Below are positions 37,501-46,877 of a stretch of 64,000 nucleotides of DNA, piece by piece. The DNA lies in IMG/VR virus record IMGVR_UViG_3300045049_000270, one strand, 5' to 3'. How positions within the stretch are numbered: position 1 is the stretch's first letter; the number at the start of each line of letters is the position of its first letter. The stretch is from a virus (taxonomy: Duplodnaviria > Heunggongvirae > Uroviricota > Caudoviricetes). A program made the translations under genes and the position numbers. The notes beneath the pieces are model-generated. The model ran no database searches. It saw nothing but the letters and a program-made list of their open reading frames with translations, and was not told the DNA's origin.

Positions 37501-39572
37501 TGAGCGGAACGGTGTCAATAAGCGCATCTGCAAATATGACATTGACTGCTGGTCAATATAGTTCTGAAATTATCGAATTTATTGGAGTTATGACTCAATC
37601 CATCGTTGTGACGGTTCCAACGTCAGGACAATGGATGATGTATAACAACACAAGCGGAGCATTTGAAATCACAATTTCAAATGGCTCGGGCTCGACTTAT
37701 GTGGTGCCACAAAATCAGTCAGCGACAATTATGTCGCTTGGTGCTTTGGGCATAGTAAATGCCAATATTGCCGGGTCAGTGTTTACTCCAGCAACCGCCA
37801 CTACGCTTGGTGGTGTAATTGTTCCAAATGGTGGTGGTATTACTGTTAATTCTAATGGTGATATCTCAATAGCACCAGGAACAGCATCTGCTCTGGGTGG
37901 AGTAAAACAAGGATCTGGTGTAACAATTGCAGGCGATGGTACACTGAGTGCGAATGTTACGTCAGTAGCTGGTAGAACAGGTGCGGTTGTTTTAACAGTA
38001 TCTGATGTAAGTGGGGCAGCTCCACTAGCAAGTCCAACATTTACTGGTGTACCAGTTGCACCAACAGCATCATCAGGTACGAATAATACACAGATTGCTA
38101 CAACTGGTTATGTTCAGAATGCTACACAAGGATTCCAATCAGTGACTGTGGCATCAGGAACGGTAGTATTGACTTCAGCACAATATTCGGTCCCGGTTAT
38201 CGTTCTGACTGGTACATTAACTGCCAATACTACCGTTCAATTTCCAACATCTGGTGCATGGTTAGTATATGTTACTGCAACCTTGGGGAGTTTCACACTG
38301 ACACTAACAAATACTGTTGGCGCCACATTAAATGTGGCTTCAAACACAGTTTATGACGTGTTATCTAATTCTTCAGCTGGTATGATACTGGTGTCATCAA
38401 CCAACAGTGTGACATCATTCAACGGCCGTACAGGCATTGTTACATTAACAACGGCTGACATTACAGGAGCTGGTGGCGCTCCAATTGCATCACCAACATT
38501 TACCGGGGCCGTAACTCTACCTGCACCACCATCGTATACGGCAAATGACTTGCATGCGGCAACAACCAATTTTGCATATCAAGCAGGTCAAGGTGTTGAA
38601 CGTATTGATATTACTGGTTTAGTATCAACCCAATCGTTCGCATTAACACCTGAACAATATCGCTATCCAATTATTGAAATTTTTGGTAATCCAAATAGTA
38701 CTGGTGTGACATTAACTTTCCCATCTAACGGCCATTGGTGGGTATATTGCAATACAAATAATGGCATAGGATGGACTGCAAATGTTCAATGTGCAACTGG
38801 TCCATCTTATACGTTGGCGGTTGGACAATGGTATGAATTTGTTGCCGATAGTGGCGCAGGTACTGGTTTGCTCCTTTTGTCGCAATCGTCTGGGAATGGC
38901 CCAAATGGCGTGCAATCATTCAATGGTCGGACCGGGGTGGTTACTTTGTCTGGTACTGATATTACGAATGCTGGCGGAGCGTTATTAGCATCACCAGCAT
39001 TTACAGGAACACCTACCGCTCCAACTGCGACTACTGGTACTAATACTACTCAATTAGCTACTACAGCATTTGTCACAACGGCAACAACAGGATTGGCACC
39101 ATTAGCATCACCAGCCTTTACTGGTACACCAACAGCGCCGACAGCAACGGCTGGTACCAATACCACCCAGTTGGCAACAACCGCATTTGTAACATCATCA
39201 TATGCTCCACTCGCATCACCCACATTTACTGGTAGAGCGCAAATTCCAGCTTCGACCTTTACTGTGACAAATCTCGGTAATGTATCTGGTACCGTAACTA
39301 TGGATTTGACTACAGCATCAGAATGGGCAATGACAATTACTGGTGCAACAACAATTGCATTTAGCAATCCACCAAATGCTGGTATGTCAGAAGTGATTTA
39401 TTTACGCATTACAAATGGTGGTTCATCGACTATTACTTGGCCAGCAAGTACTAAATTTGCTGCTGCAACTGCACCAACATTAACTGCTAGTGGTATGGAT
39501 ATGTTAGGTGTAGCGTATGATTCAGTAACATCAACATATATGGTATTCGTCATTGGTCTGAATATTGGTTAA
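34596..39572 (+). CDS. long tail/virion fibre protein
   Basis: Repeats PLASPAFTGTPTAPT..TNTTQLATTAFV, VTSFNGRTGAVTL, LATVATSGSYxDL and A(T/S)..LGGV. Confidence 0.9.
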   Translation: MPTIKDGQIQPETGKITYPDSATNDAASTNSASSSSNSSDTNSSTSSRAATDSNTIMSVTGFNISNEGGEGILAYVNGGETTTFAFKSLAAGTGIALTADGSSITISSTVTGSAGDILPVIYGGTGVTSMPANALLLGNNTSQINFVNAPSTNGQFLTFDGSNIKWGSITASNVSGLATVATSGSYNDLANQPLLSTVAHTGSYTDLTNTPVLSVVATSGSYNDLLNKPNLAKVATSGVYTDLTGTPVLATVATTGKYSDLTGTPVLATVATTGSYTDLINTPTPPTPYTLPIASATVLGGVKVSSDFSISSDGTISIPAGLGSVKSVALNMPSIFAVSGSPVTTTGTLTAVLLGQNANTFFSGPATGSADIPTFRKIEGVDLPPATTSSLGAIIVGPGLNVDISGNLSTDVYSFMGRTGAIVLQSGDMVDKNGNFILASPSFVGMPTAPTPATTDNSTTLATTAFVKNALTAFNIPPATISTIGGVIVGSGLTVDSSGNLSANVTKFMGRTGAITLQPADLQNQNTGNFLLDSPIFTGAPQAPTTTITDNSNNIATTSFVHSLVNASGVSSFNGRTGVVTFTSADLTNAGGAPINSPVFVGNPTAPTLAISDSTTSLATTAFVHNLVNASGVSTFNGRSGTVTLQASDLQTSGGAFLLDSPVITGTPTASTAATGTNSSQLATTAFVQNTLNSVAVTSVAGKTGAVTLSYTDIAGAAPIDSPVFTGLPSIDGHTPFLIDDIGNTLATTSWVYQALAGASVVNIVTYPAIPAKYYNMPIMTLVGTVNTGPYTVTLPSTGKWTIINNAGPAIITLSCGTGQTLDLVGGGIYEIIADGGIYFANEMGVTRPFNDSTKYLATTEFVATAIGSLATGVTSFNTRTGAIIFQASDMQATDGTFLLSSPQFTGTPTAPTPPAGTNTSQIATTAFVANSFAPLASPALTGTPTAPTAAQGDNSSTIATTSFVNRFMSGTVSISASANMTLTAGQYSSEIIEFIGVMTQSIVVTVPTSGQWMMYNNTSGAFEITISNGSGSTYVVPQNQSATIMSLGALGIVNANIAGSVFTPATATTLGGVIVPNGGGITVNSNGDISIAPGTASALGGVKQGSGVTIAGDGTLSANVTSVAGRTGAVVLTVSDVSGAAPLASPTFTGVPVAPTASSGTNNTQIATTGYVQNATQGFQSVTVASGTVVLTSAQYSVPVIVLTGTLTANTTVQFPTSGAWLVYVTATLGSFTLTLTNTVGATLNVASNTVYDVLSNSSAGMILVSSTNSVTSFNGRTGIVTLTTADITGAGGAPIASPTFTGAVTLPAPPSYTANDLHAATTNFAYQAGQGVERIDITGLVSTQSFALTPEQYRYPIIEIFGNPNSTGVTLTFPSNGHWWVYCNTNNGIGWTANVQCATGPSYTLAVGQWYEFVADSGAGTGLLLLSQSSGNGPNGVQSFNGRTGVVTLSGTDITNAGGALLASPAFTGTPTAPTATTGTNTTQLATTAFVTTATTGLAPLASPAFTGTPTAPTATAGTNTTQLATTAFVTSSYAPLASPTFTGRAQIPASTFTVTNLGNVSGTVTMDLTTASEWAMTITGATTIAFSNPPNAGMSEVIYLRITNGGSSTITWPASTKFAAATAPTLTASGMDMLGVAYDSVTSTYMVFVIGLNIG

Positions 39573-39663
39573 TTTTAAATAGGGCACGATGTAGAGTGAG
39601 TTTTCTTTCTCTGCATCAGCAATAAATACGGTTTGGTTTATACCAAATCTATTAGGAGAGATT

Positions 39664-41064
39664 ATGGCAACATCATTCTTGGGTCGTGCCCCAAAAAACT
39701 CATATCAGGAAGTCGTTAAAGTCGACAACACTGGTGCGGGTTTCGACACGACTCTTCGTGCAATTGCTGATGGTACAGGTACCGCCAGTCAATTGAAACT
39801 ATCAACTACCACTATTTCTTTAAATGGCCAATTGTGGCCAACATCATTGGGTTCTAATGGTCAATTTTTGACTACCGATGCAAGTGGTAACTTGTCATGG
39901 GGAACCGTTAATTTGAGTTCCTATGCGCCTTTGGCATCACCAGCGTTGACTGGTACACCTACTGCTCCAACCGCAACGACTGGTACTAACACAACACAGA
40001 TTGCAACTACCGCTTTTGTGCAATCGGCAGTAAGTTCATCAGGTGTGTCATCGTTTAATACACGTACTGGCGCAGTAACGTTGCAAGCTTCTGACATTTC
40101 TGGTGTTGGTGGTGCTTTATGGGGTCAACTTCCTATTTCTATTAATGGTTTTGTTAATGCAAATAGTTTCGCATTAACATCATCTCAATATGAATATCAA
40201 GAAATTCAATTTACTGGAACAATTAATGGCAATGTAACCGTTACCTTTCCAACTTCAGGTTCATGGGTAGTAATAGCCAGTTATTCAGATGGTGGGATTG
40301 GTTACCGTGTCACAGCAACTAATGGACAAGGTACATCAATTACTTTGGTTCCGGGTAACACTTATTTCTTTGCATCCGAAGGTTCATCTGGTCTTGTGCA
40401 ACTTGCATCGAATACTGCAACAGTAACTTCGTTTAATACTAGAACTGGTGCGGTAACATTGCAGTCTTCGGACATTACAAGTGCTGGTGGTGCGGTTTTG
40501 GCATCACCTGCATTTACCGGTACACCAACCGCACCTACTGCCGCGCAAAATACCAATACCACGCAACTTGCGACAACTGCTTTTGTATTGGGTCAAGCTT
40601 CTTCAACAACGCCATCAATGGCTGGGACAGCGGCAGTTGGTACAGGTACAACTTTTGCAAGAGCGGATCACGTTCACCCAGTTGACACGTCTCGAGCCTC
40701 CGCATCTTCACCAACAATTACTGGTCGCACACAAAGTGATGCTTATAGCTACACGGTGACGGCACTTGGTTCGGTTTCTGGTACACAGACTTTAAATTTG
40801 GGTATTGCTAGTGAATGGACAATGACAATTGCAGGGGCAACCACAATCGCATTTACAAATACATTGGCAGCAAATACGGGCCAAGTGATTTATTTGCGTA
40901 TTGCCAACGGTGGTTCAGCAACTATAACATGGCCATCTGGTACAAAATTCTCATCTGGCACTGCGCCATCATTGACTACCAGTGGTGTTGATTTATTAGG
41001 TGTAGTATATGATACCACCTCTTCAACATATATGGTTTTTGTGATCGGTCTGAATATTCAATAA
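39664..41064 (+). CDS. fibre protein
   Basis: Same repeats; C-terminal domain shared with 34596; N-terminal domain shared with 46053. Confidence 0.88.
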   Translation: MATSFLGRAPKNSYQEVVKVDNTGAGFDTTLRAIADGTGTASQLKLSTTTISLNGQLWPTSLGSNGQFLTTDASGNLSWGTVNLSSYAPLASPALTGTPTAPTATTGTNTTQIATTAFVQSAVSSSGVSSFNTRTGAVTLQASDISGVGGALWGQLPISINGFVNANSFALTSSQYEYQEIQFTGTINGNVTVTFPTSGSWVVIASYSDGGIGYRVTATNGQGTSITLVPGNTYFFASEGSSGLVQLASNTATVTSFNTRTGAVTLQSSDITSAGGAVLASPAFTGTPTAPTAAQNTNTTQLATTAFVLGQASSTTPSMAGTAAVGTGTTFARADHVHPVDTSRASASSPTITGRTQSDAYSYTVTALGSVSGTQTLNLGIASEWTMTIAGATTIAFTNTLAANTGQVIYLRIANGGSATITWPSGTKFSSGTAPSLTTSGVDLLGVVYDTTSSTYMVFVIGLNIQ

Positions 41065-41076
41065 GGATAATAATAC

Positions 41077-41646
41077 ATGAATTTGATTAATTTGACAACA
41101 ATGACACCAATATCGGAAAGCGAATTTCGTGCCGCCAACCCACACGTGTCATTCCCAGCAGTTCTTCAAGCATCTGATCTTACTGGTTTTAATGTAGCTC
41201 CATTGAACTTCACACCTTGCCCAACTTCTGATTATTCGTCGTTTACTCAAGGTACACCCACACAAAATGCGGATGGTAGCTATTCAACAACTTGGATTCA
41301 ATCAGATTTACCATTGGAGCAAGCGCAAGAAGTTCTGTTGAATAAAGTGGCGGCATATCGTCGTGGAATTGCTTATCAAAATATCACATATAACAACATT
41401 TCAATTCCAGTTGATACCGATGTTATGACTATTTTGAATGTGGTTGCTTCTGGTACACAAACTATTAACTTCAAAGGTAGCAATGGTTGGCTAAGTATGG
41501 CACCTAGTGATGCCAAAGCTTTAATAGCTCAGATTCAAACACAGGTTCAAAATGCATTCACAAACGAAAAGAACCATCATGATGCAATTATGGCGTTGAC
41601 TACCGTTGCGCAAGTTCAAAGTTATGATTTTTCAACTGGCTGGTAA
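41077..41646 (+). CDS. tail fibre assembly chaperone-like protein (DUF4376-like)
   Basis: FKGSNGW...QVQNAF.NE....AI.AL...V..YD...GW ending; follows fibre genes. Confidence 0.7.
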   Translation: MNLINLTTMTPISESEFRAANPHVSFPAVLQASDLTGFNVAPLNFTPCPTSDYSSFTQGTPTQNADGSYSTTWIQSDLPLEQAQEVLLNKVAAYRRGIAYQNITYNNISIPVDTDVMTILNVVASGTQTINFKGSNGWLSMAPSDAKALIAQIQTQVQNAFTNEKNHHDAIMALTTVAQVQSYDFSTGW

Positions 41647-41663
41647 TCGACTTAAAAGAGATG

Positions 41664-41689
41664 AAAAAAGCCCCAATTGGGGCTTTTTT
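41664..41689. terminator. intrinsic terminator
   Basis: AAAAAAGCCCC-AATT-GGGGCTTTTTT. Confidence 0.8.
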
Positions 41690-41746
41690 CAATTCCAATA
41701 AATATCAACATTAATCTAAATCAACATTGGGTTTAAGAGAAAGACA

Positions 41747-44700
41747 ATGAGTAATTTAAAACTTTTGATGGCATCACAGAAGAGCGGTTCAGGGGTTTCA
41801 ACACCAACTGACAGTAATTTCAAATATGTAGCCGCATTGCTACATGGTAATGGTTCAAATACTTCTGCTAATAATACATCAACAGCAGTAACGATTCCTC
41901 CATTCAGTAGAAATGGTAATTCAGCCGAAGGAACATTCACACCTTACGGATCAAATTGGAGCAATCTTTTCGACGGATCTACTGGTTATTTGTCATATGC
42001 TGCTGGTTCATCCGGGTCAGTCGGAAGTAATAACTTCACGGCTGAAGCTTGGATCAATCTAAATGCTTTACCGGCCAACACCGGTACCGCTGGTTCAGTA
42101 GCCATTATACAGAAAGGCTATGCCGGAGGTTCTAATCTAGAATTCAATTTCTACATTGAACAAACAAGTGGTGTTTTCCAATTTTTCGTTCAGATGACAA
42201 CTGATGGTTCAACAATTCAAACTTTCACATCTAGTAGTTTAGGAACCGTAACAGTTGGAACATGGTATCACTGTGCAATTACAAAGTCAGGTACCACATT
42301 GACTTTTTGGTTTAATGGAACTAGCGTGGGCACAGCAACAGTTCCAGCAACTTTATTCATTGGGACAGCACCATACACTATTGCGGCAAATACCGTAGGT
42401 GGCACCCCATTACTAAGTGGTAGTATTAGTAATGCTCGTGTTGTTTCTGGCACTGTTGTATATACAGCCAATTTTACCCCATCAACATCACCGTTAACCG
42501 CAATCTCTGGCACAAAATTATTAGTTGCTTGTGGTAATACTTTTGCAGATGCGAGTTCACTAAATTCAGCTGTTACAGTTAATGGAACAGTAAAAGTTCA
42601 AAGATATAATCCTTTTGGCGATAACAATACACCATATTCAACTTCAACATATGGCGGTTCATGCTGGTTTGATGGTTCAACTAGCTATTTCACAGTGCCA
42701 TCTAGTACGAATTACCAATTTACTGGTGATTTTACGATGGAAGCGTGGGTTTACCCAACAACTACAGGTTCTAATTGTTACTTGGGTTATTGGACATTTG
42801 GCACGTCTACATCATGTGCCTTTCTTTTCCAATCCACATCATCTGGTTTTCTAACTCTGAACTATGGTATTGGATCGTCAAATCTAACTTTTACTGGTAC
42901 ATCAGCCAAAGTAATACCAAATGCTTGGAATCATATTGCCGTAACAAGACAAGGAACCACTATGCGATTCTTTGTGAACGGCGTTCAAGATGCTACGACA
43001 GCGACAGCAAGTGGGGCATTCAATAATGCAACCCAACCACTATTCATTGGTGCAAACAATAACGTTTCTGGTTTCAGCGTGCAGGCATTCTATTCTGGTT
43101 ATATGACCGATGTCAGAATTGTTAACGGTACTGCTTTATACACTGCATCGTTTACTCCAAATACCACAGCATTGACTAGCGTTACGAATACAACGTTACT
43201 GTATAATGCACAGACTGCTGGTAAATCCGGAATTTACGATAGTGCGATGTATTCTGATATTTGTACAATTGGCACTGTCCAAATCAGTACTGCCCAATCA
43301 AAATTTGGTGGTTCATCGATTTACTTTAGTGGCACATTGACTAATAGCGTTTATCCAACACTATTAACGCCTGGTTCTGGATATCAATTAGGAAATAATA
43401 ATTTCACAATCGAAGCTTGGATTTATCCAACATCAGCCAGCCAAACTGCTCAAATTGCTGGTTCCGCAAAAAATGGGACTAACAGCGATTGGTTCTTCTA
43501 CCTCAATGCTGGCAAATTGGCATTTCATTGGAATAACTCATCAGATTTGACGTCAACAAGTTCACCAGCAGCTAATGCATGGTCGCACGTTGCGGTAGTG
43601 CGTTCTGGTGGTAATTTGTACTTATATCTGAACGGCTCCCAAGTTGGCACTACTACAGTTAGCGGTTCTATTGGCTCAAATACTGGCGATAATTTTACTA
43701 TCGGTTCTGATACAACTACTGCGTCTATGCCATATGCTGGTTATATGGATGAAATACGCATTACTATGGGTTATGCTCGCTATACCGGCTCAACCTATAC
43801 TACACCAACAGCCGCATTTCCTAGCAGTATTTCGGGTGATTCTCAATTCAATTATGTGACTCTGCTTTTGCATGGTGATGGATCAAATGCTGCGACTAAT
43901 AAAACTTCAGTAGCGACTATTCCTTCTTCAAATGTATCTTTGACTAGATCTGGCACATTGACTGAAGGAACATTTACCCCATATGGATCAAATTGGTCTA
44001 CCTTTTTGTCATCGACATCAACTTCGTCATATTTGACATACGGTGCTTCAACATCGGCCGGCCCAGGTAACCAAACATTCACTATTGAATGTTGGGCTAT
44101 GTTTGATGTATTACCAACAACAACTGGCTCTGCTGGTGAATTCGTACTTTGGCAAAAAGGTAGAACAGGAACATCAAACTTCGAATTGGCATTAGGTGTT
44201 CAATATACAGGTAGTGCATATCAAATACTAGTCCAAGTCTCTAAAGGCGATGGTATAACAATTGCAAGCGCAAATTCATCAAATATTAGTCTAACCGTTG
44301 GTACTTGGAATCACTTTGCAATTACTCAAGTTGGTGGCTCAGGAACAATAAACTTTTGGTTTAATGGCCAAAGTGGTGGTTCAATGAGCACAACTGTTAC
44401 GAATATGTTTGTGGGCACCGGTGCTGCGGCAATTGGTAATAATAACACTGGCACAAATCCAACATGGCAAGGTTACATTAGTAATATGCGTGTTGTATTT
44501 GGTTCGCAAGTATATACATCAACATTTACACCACCAACATCACCACTTACGGCAATTACCGGTACCAACTTCCTTGGTTGCCAATCAAGTATATATGTTG
44601 ATAATTCATCGAACAATTGGGCAATTACGGCTAGTGGTCCAATGCAAATTGTTCGTTTCAATCCATTCGGTGATAATGCAACACCATATTCAACAACGAC

Positions 44701-45868
44701 ATATGGTGGATCTTGCTATTTTGCTGGATCAGGTAGTAATTTATCATACGCGTCTTCTAGTAATGCTGGTTTTGGTACGGGCGCATTTACGATCGAAGCA
44801 TGGATTTACCTATTGTCATATTGTTCAAATGGCGGGGCGATTGTCGACTTGCGCCCAAGCGTTAGTGCAACTGCTACAGAAATATCAATTGATAGTACAG
44901 GTAAACTGTTTTACTACGACGGACCAAATAACACGACCTATAGTGACACGACTGCTATGCCACTTAATGCATGGTTCCATGTGGCACTGACGCGTGATGC
45001 TTCTGGTGTTTGGCGTTTGTTTAAGAACGGAACACAAGTTCAAACAAGTACCGCATCTGACAATTTGGGTTCTAGCCAGCCAATTATGATTGGTCAATCT
45101 ATTAATGGTACCACCTCATATTTCAATGGCTATATTTCAGATCTGAGAATCTGCAATGGATCAGCTCTGTATACCGCCAACTTTACACCAAATACAACAC
45201 CATTGGCTGCAACTACCGCAACAAATTTCATTTATAAAGCTCAAGGTGCAAACATTTACGATAATGCAATGCAACAGAATGTCCAAACATCTGGAAGTGC
45301 TGCCATAAGCACCGCCCAACAGAAATTTGGTACTGGTTCTATTAACATTGCTGGTGGCACTAGTAACTTCCTTTCAATACCAAACTCAGAAGTTCCTATT
45401 TGGGGGACATCAAGTTGGACAATAGAAGGATGGTTTTATATTACTTCATATTCAACAAGTGCAAGTGATGGATTGTTTGGTTTCAGAAATGGTGTCAATT
45501 ATGGTGCAATGTCACTCGTATTGAACAATGGTACATTACAAGCATTGGCTTCAACAAGCAGCTCATCATGGACATTTAATCAAAGTGCAAGTGGTACTTT
45601 TACAACAAATGCTTGGGTACATTTGGCAATGGTTCGAAATGGTACAACTTTGACGGTATATCAGAATGGCACCTCAGTAATTTCCGGAACAATTTCTGGT
45701 TCACTGTATCAACCAACAGTTCCATTCACAATTGGTTCATCCAATAACACAAATGGATCTGGTAATAATTGTATGACGGGTTATATACAAGATTTCCGTA
45801 TTACATACGGTCTCGCCAGATATACCACCAACTTTACCGTTCCAACAACAGCATTCCCTAATCAGTAA
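41747..45868 (+). CDS. multi-LamG (concanavalin-like lectin) virion protein
   Basis: About six FT.EAW...W.H.A.TR.G...F.NG...GY....R units, arranged as two duplicated halves. Confidence 0.88.
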   Translation: MSNLKLLMASQKSGSGVSTPTDSNFKYVAALLHGNGSNTSANNTSTAVTIPPFSRNGNSAEGTFTPYGSNWSNLFDGSTGYLSYAAGSSGSVGSNNFTAEAWINLNALPANTGTAGSVAIIQKGYAGGSNLEFNFYIEQTSGVFQFFVQMTTDGSTIQTFTSSSLGTVTVGTWYHCAITKSGTTLTFWFNGTSVGTATVPATLFIGTAPYTIAANTVGGTPLLSGSISNARVVSGTVVYTANFTPSTSPLTAISGTKLLVACGNTFADASSLNSAVTVNGTVKVQRYNPFGDNNTPYSTSTYGGSCWFDGSTSYFTVPSSTNYQFTGDFTMEAWVYPTTTGSNCYLGYWTFGTSTSCAFLFQSTSSGFLTLNYGIGSSNLTFTGTSAKVIPNAWNHIAVTRQGTTMRFFVNGVQDATTATASGAFNNATQPLFIGANNNVSGFSVQAFYSGYMTDVRIVNGTALYTASFTPNTTALTSVTNTTLLYNAQTAGKSGIYDSAMYSDICTIGTVQISTAQSKFGGSSIYFSGTLTNSVYPTLLTPGSGYQLGNNNFTIEAWIYPTSASQTAQIAGSAKNGTNSDWFFYLNAGKLAFHWNNSSDLTSTSSPAANAWSHVAVVRSGGNLYLYLNGSQVGTTTVSGSIGSNTGDNFTIGSDTTTASMPYAGYMDEIRITMGYARYTGSTYTTPTAAFPSSISGDSQFNYVTLLLHGDGSNAATNKTSVATIPSSNVSLTRSGTLTEGTFTPYGSNWSTFLSSTSTSSYLTYGASTSAGPGNQTFTIECWAMFDVLPTTTGSAGEFVLWQKGRTGTSNFELALGVQYTGSAYQILVQVSKGDGITIASANSSNISLTVGTWNHFAITQVGGSGTINFWFNGQSGGSMSTTVTNMFVGTGAAAIGNNNTGTNPTWQGYISNMRVVFGSQVYTSTFTPPTSPLTAITGTNFLGCQSSIYVDNSSNNWAITASGPMQIVRFNPFGDNATPYSTTTYGGSCYFAGSGSNLSYASSSNAGFGTGAFTIEAWIYLLSYCSNGGAIVDLRPSVSATATEISIDSTGKLFYYDGPNNTTYSDTTAMPLNAWFHVALTRDASGVWRLFKNGTQVQTSTASDNLGSSQPIMIGQSINGTTSYFNGYISDLRICNGSALYTANFTPNTTPLAATTATNFIYKAQGANIYDNAMQQNVQTSGSAAISTAQQKFGTGSINIAGGTSNFLSIPNSEVPIWGTSSWTIEGWFYITSYSTSASDGLFGFRNGVNYGAMSLVLNNGTLQALASTSSSSWTFNQSASGTFTTNAWVHLAMVRNGTTLTVYQNGTSVISGTISGSLYQPTVPFTIGSSNNTNGSGNNCMTGYIQDFRITYGLARYTTNFTVPTTAFPNQ

Positions 45869-45874
45869 TAAGCT

Positions 45875-45908
45875 AAGAAAAGAGCTCTCAGTTGAGAGCT
45901 CTTTTCTT
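45875..45908. terminator. intrinsic terminator
   Basis: AAGAAAAGAGCTCTCA-GT-TGAGAGCTCTTTTCTT. Confidence 0.8.
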
Positions 45909-46052
45909 AAATAATATGGGATTTACATAGAAAGTTAATCCTGTAATTCTACAGCGTCAGACAATTCAATTCCTACATAATTGGGAGATTTGATGCTGAA
46001 AACATTTTTGTTATTAATCATCAAATCTTTCTAATCCTAGTAGGGGAAAAAA

Positions 46053-46754
46053 ATGGCTACATCTTTCACTGGGCGGGTCGTCAAAAATTCATATCAAGAA
46101 GTCGTCAAAATTGATAATACAGGTGCTGGTTTCGATACCACCCTTCGTAGTATCGCTGATGGCTCTGGCACTGCGAGCCAATTGAAACTTTCAACTACCA
46201 AAATTTCACTAAATGGTCAACTCTGGCCATCATCATTGGGGTCAAATGGTCAATTTCTAACGACAGATGCAAGCGGCAATTTGTCATGGGCTACGATATC
46301 AACAGGTGGTTCAACACTTTCAAGTCTAACTGATGTTACCGTTACCGAAGGGTCAAGCATTGACAAATACATGTTACGTTTTGATAATACAAGTGGCAAA
46401 TGGATTGCAGATAAAAGAATAGTTCAAATCTGTTTATTTGCCCAAGGAACTATGACAAATTCGGAGGTACTCTTGGTTTATACACCAGCAGCCACATTGA
46501 CCCTACCAGCAGGTTTAACAAATAGCGTAGCAGCATTAAAAACCGCAACTACAAATGCATTGACACTAACCATACTTAAAAATGGTTCGAGTATTGGTAC
46601 AATTAATTTTACAGCTGGTTCAACCTCAGGAACTTTCACATTCACAAATGCCGTAACATTGACTGCCGCAACTGATACACTAGAGATTGATGGGCCAGCA
46701 ACCGCCGATACTACAGCAGCCAATCTCCACGTTTCTTTCTACGCAACTTATTGA
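46053..46754 (+). CDS. short fibre/decoration protein
   Basis: First ~80 aa nearly identical to 39664; LSSLTDVTV repeat. Confidence 0.8.
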   Translation: MATSFTGRVVKNSYQEVVKIDNTGAGFDTTLRSIADGSGTASQLKLSTTKISLNGQLWPSSLGSNGQFLTTDASGNLSWATISTGGSTLSSLTDVTVTEGSSIDKYMLRFDNTSGKWIADKRIVQICLFAQGTMTNSEVLLVYTPAATLTLPAGLTNSVAALKTATTNALTLTILKNGSSIGTINFTAGSTSGTFTFTNAVTLTAATDTLEIDGPATADTTAANLHVSFYATY

Positions 46755-46762
46755 TTATCACA

Positions 46763-46801
46763 TTTTTGTAGATTAGGCTATTGATGGCCTAATCTACAAA
46801 A
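46763..46801. terminator. hairpin terminator
   Basis: TTTTGTAGATTAGGCTAT-TG-ATGGCCTAATCTACAAAA. Confidence 0.7.
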
Positions 46802-46819
46802 TAAGCAATAACCCTTAAT

Positions 46820-46875
46820 TCTGTTCAGTAATTATTGCATATTTGATTATAAATATGCTGATTACAAGGAGCAGA
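46820..46875 (+). promoter_or_regulatory. late promoter in an RBS-sequestering hairpin
   Basis: TCTGTTC..GCATATTT-GATTAT-AAATATGC..GGAGCAGA. Confidence 0.7.
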
Positions 46876-46877
46876 TC

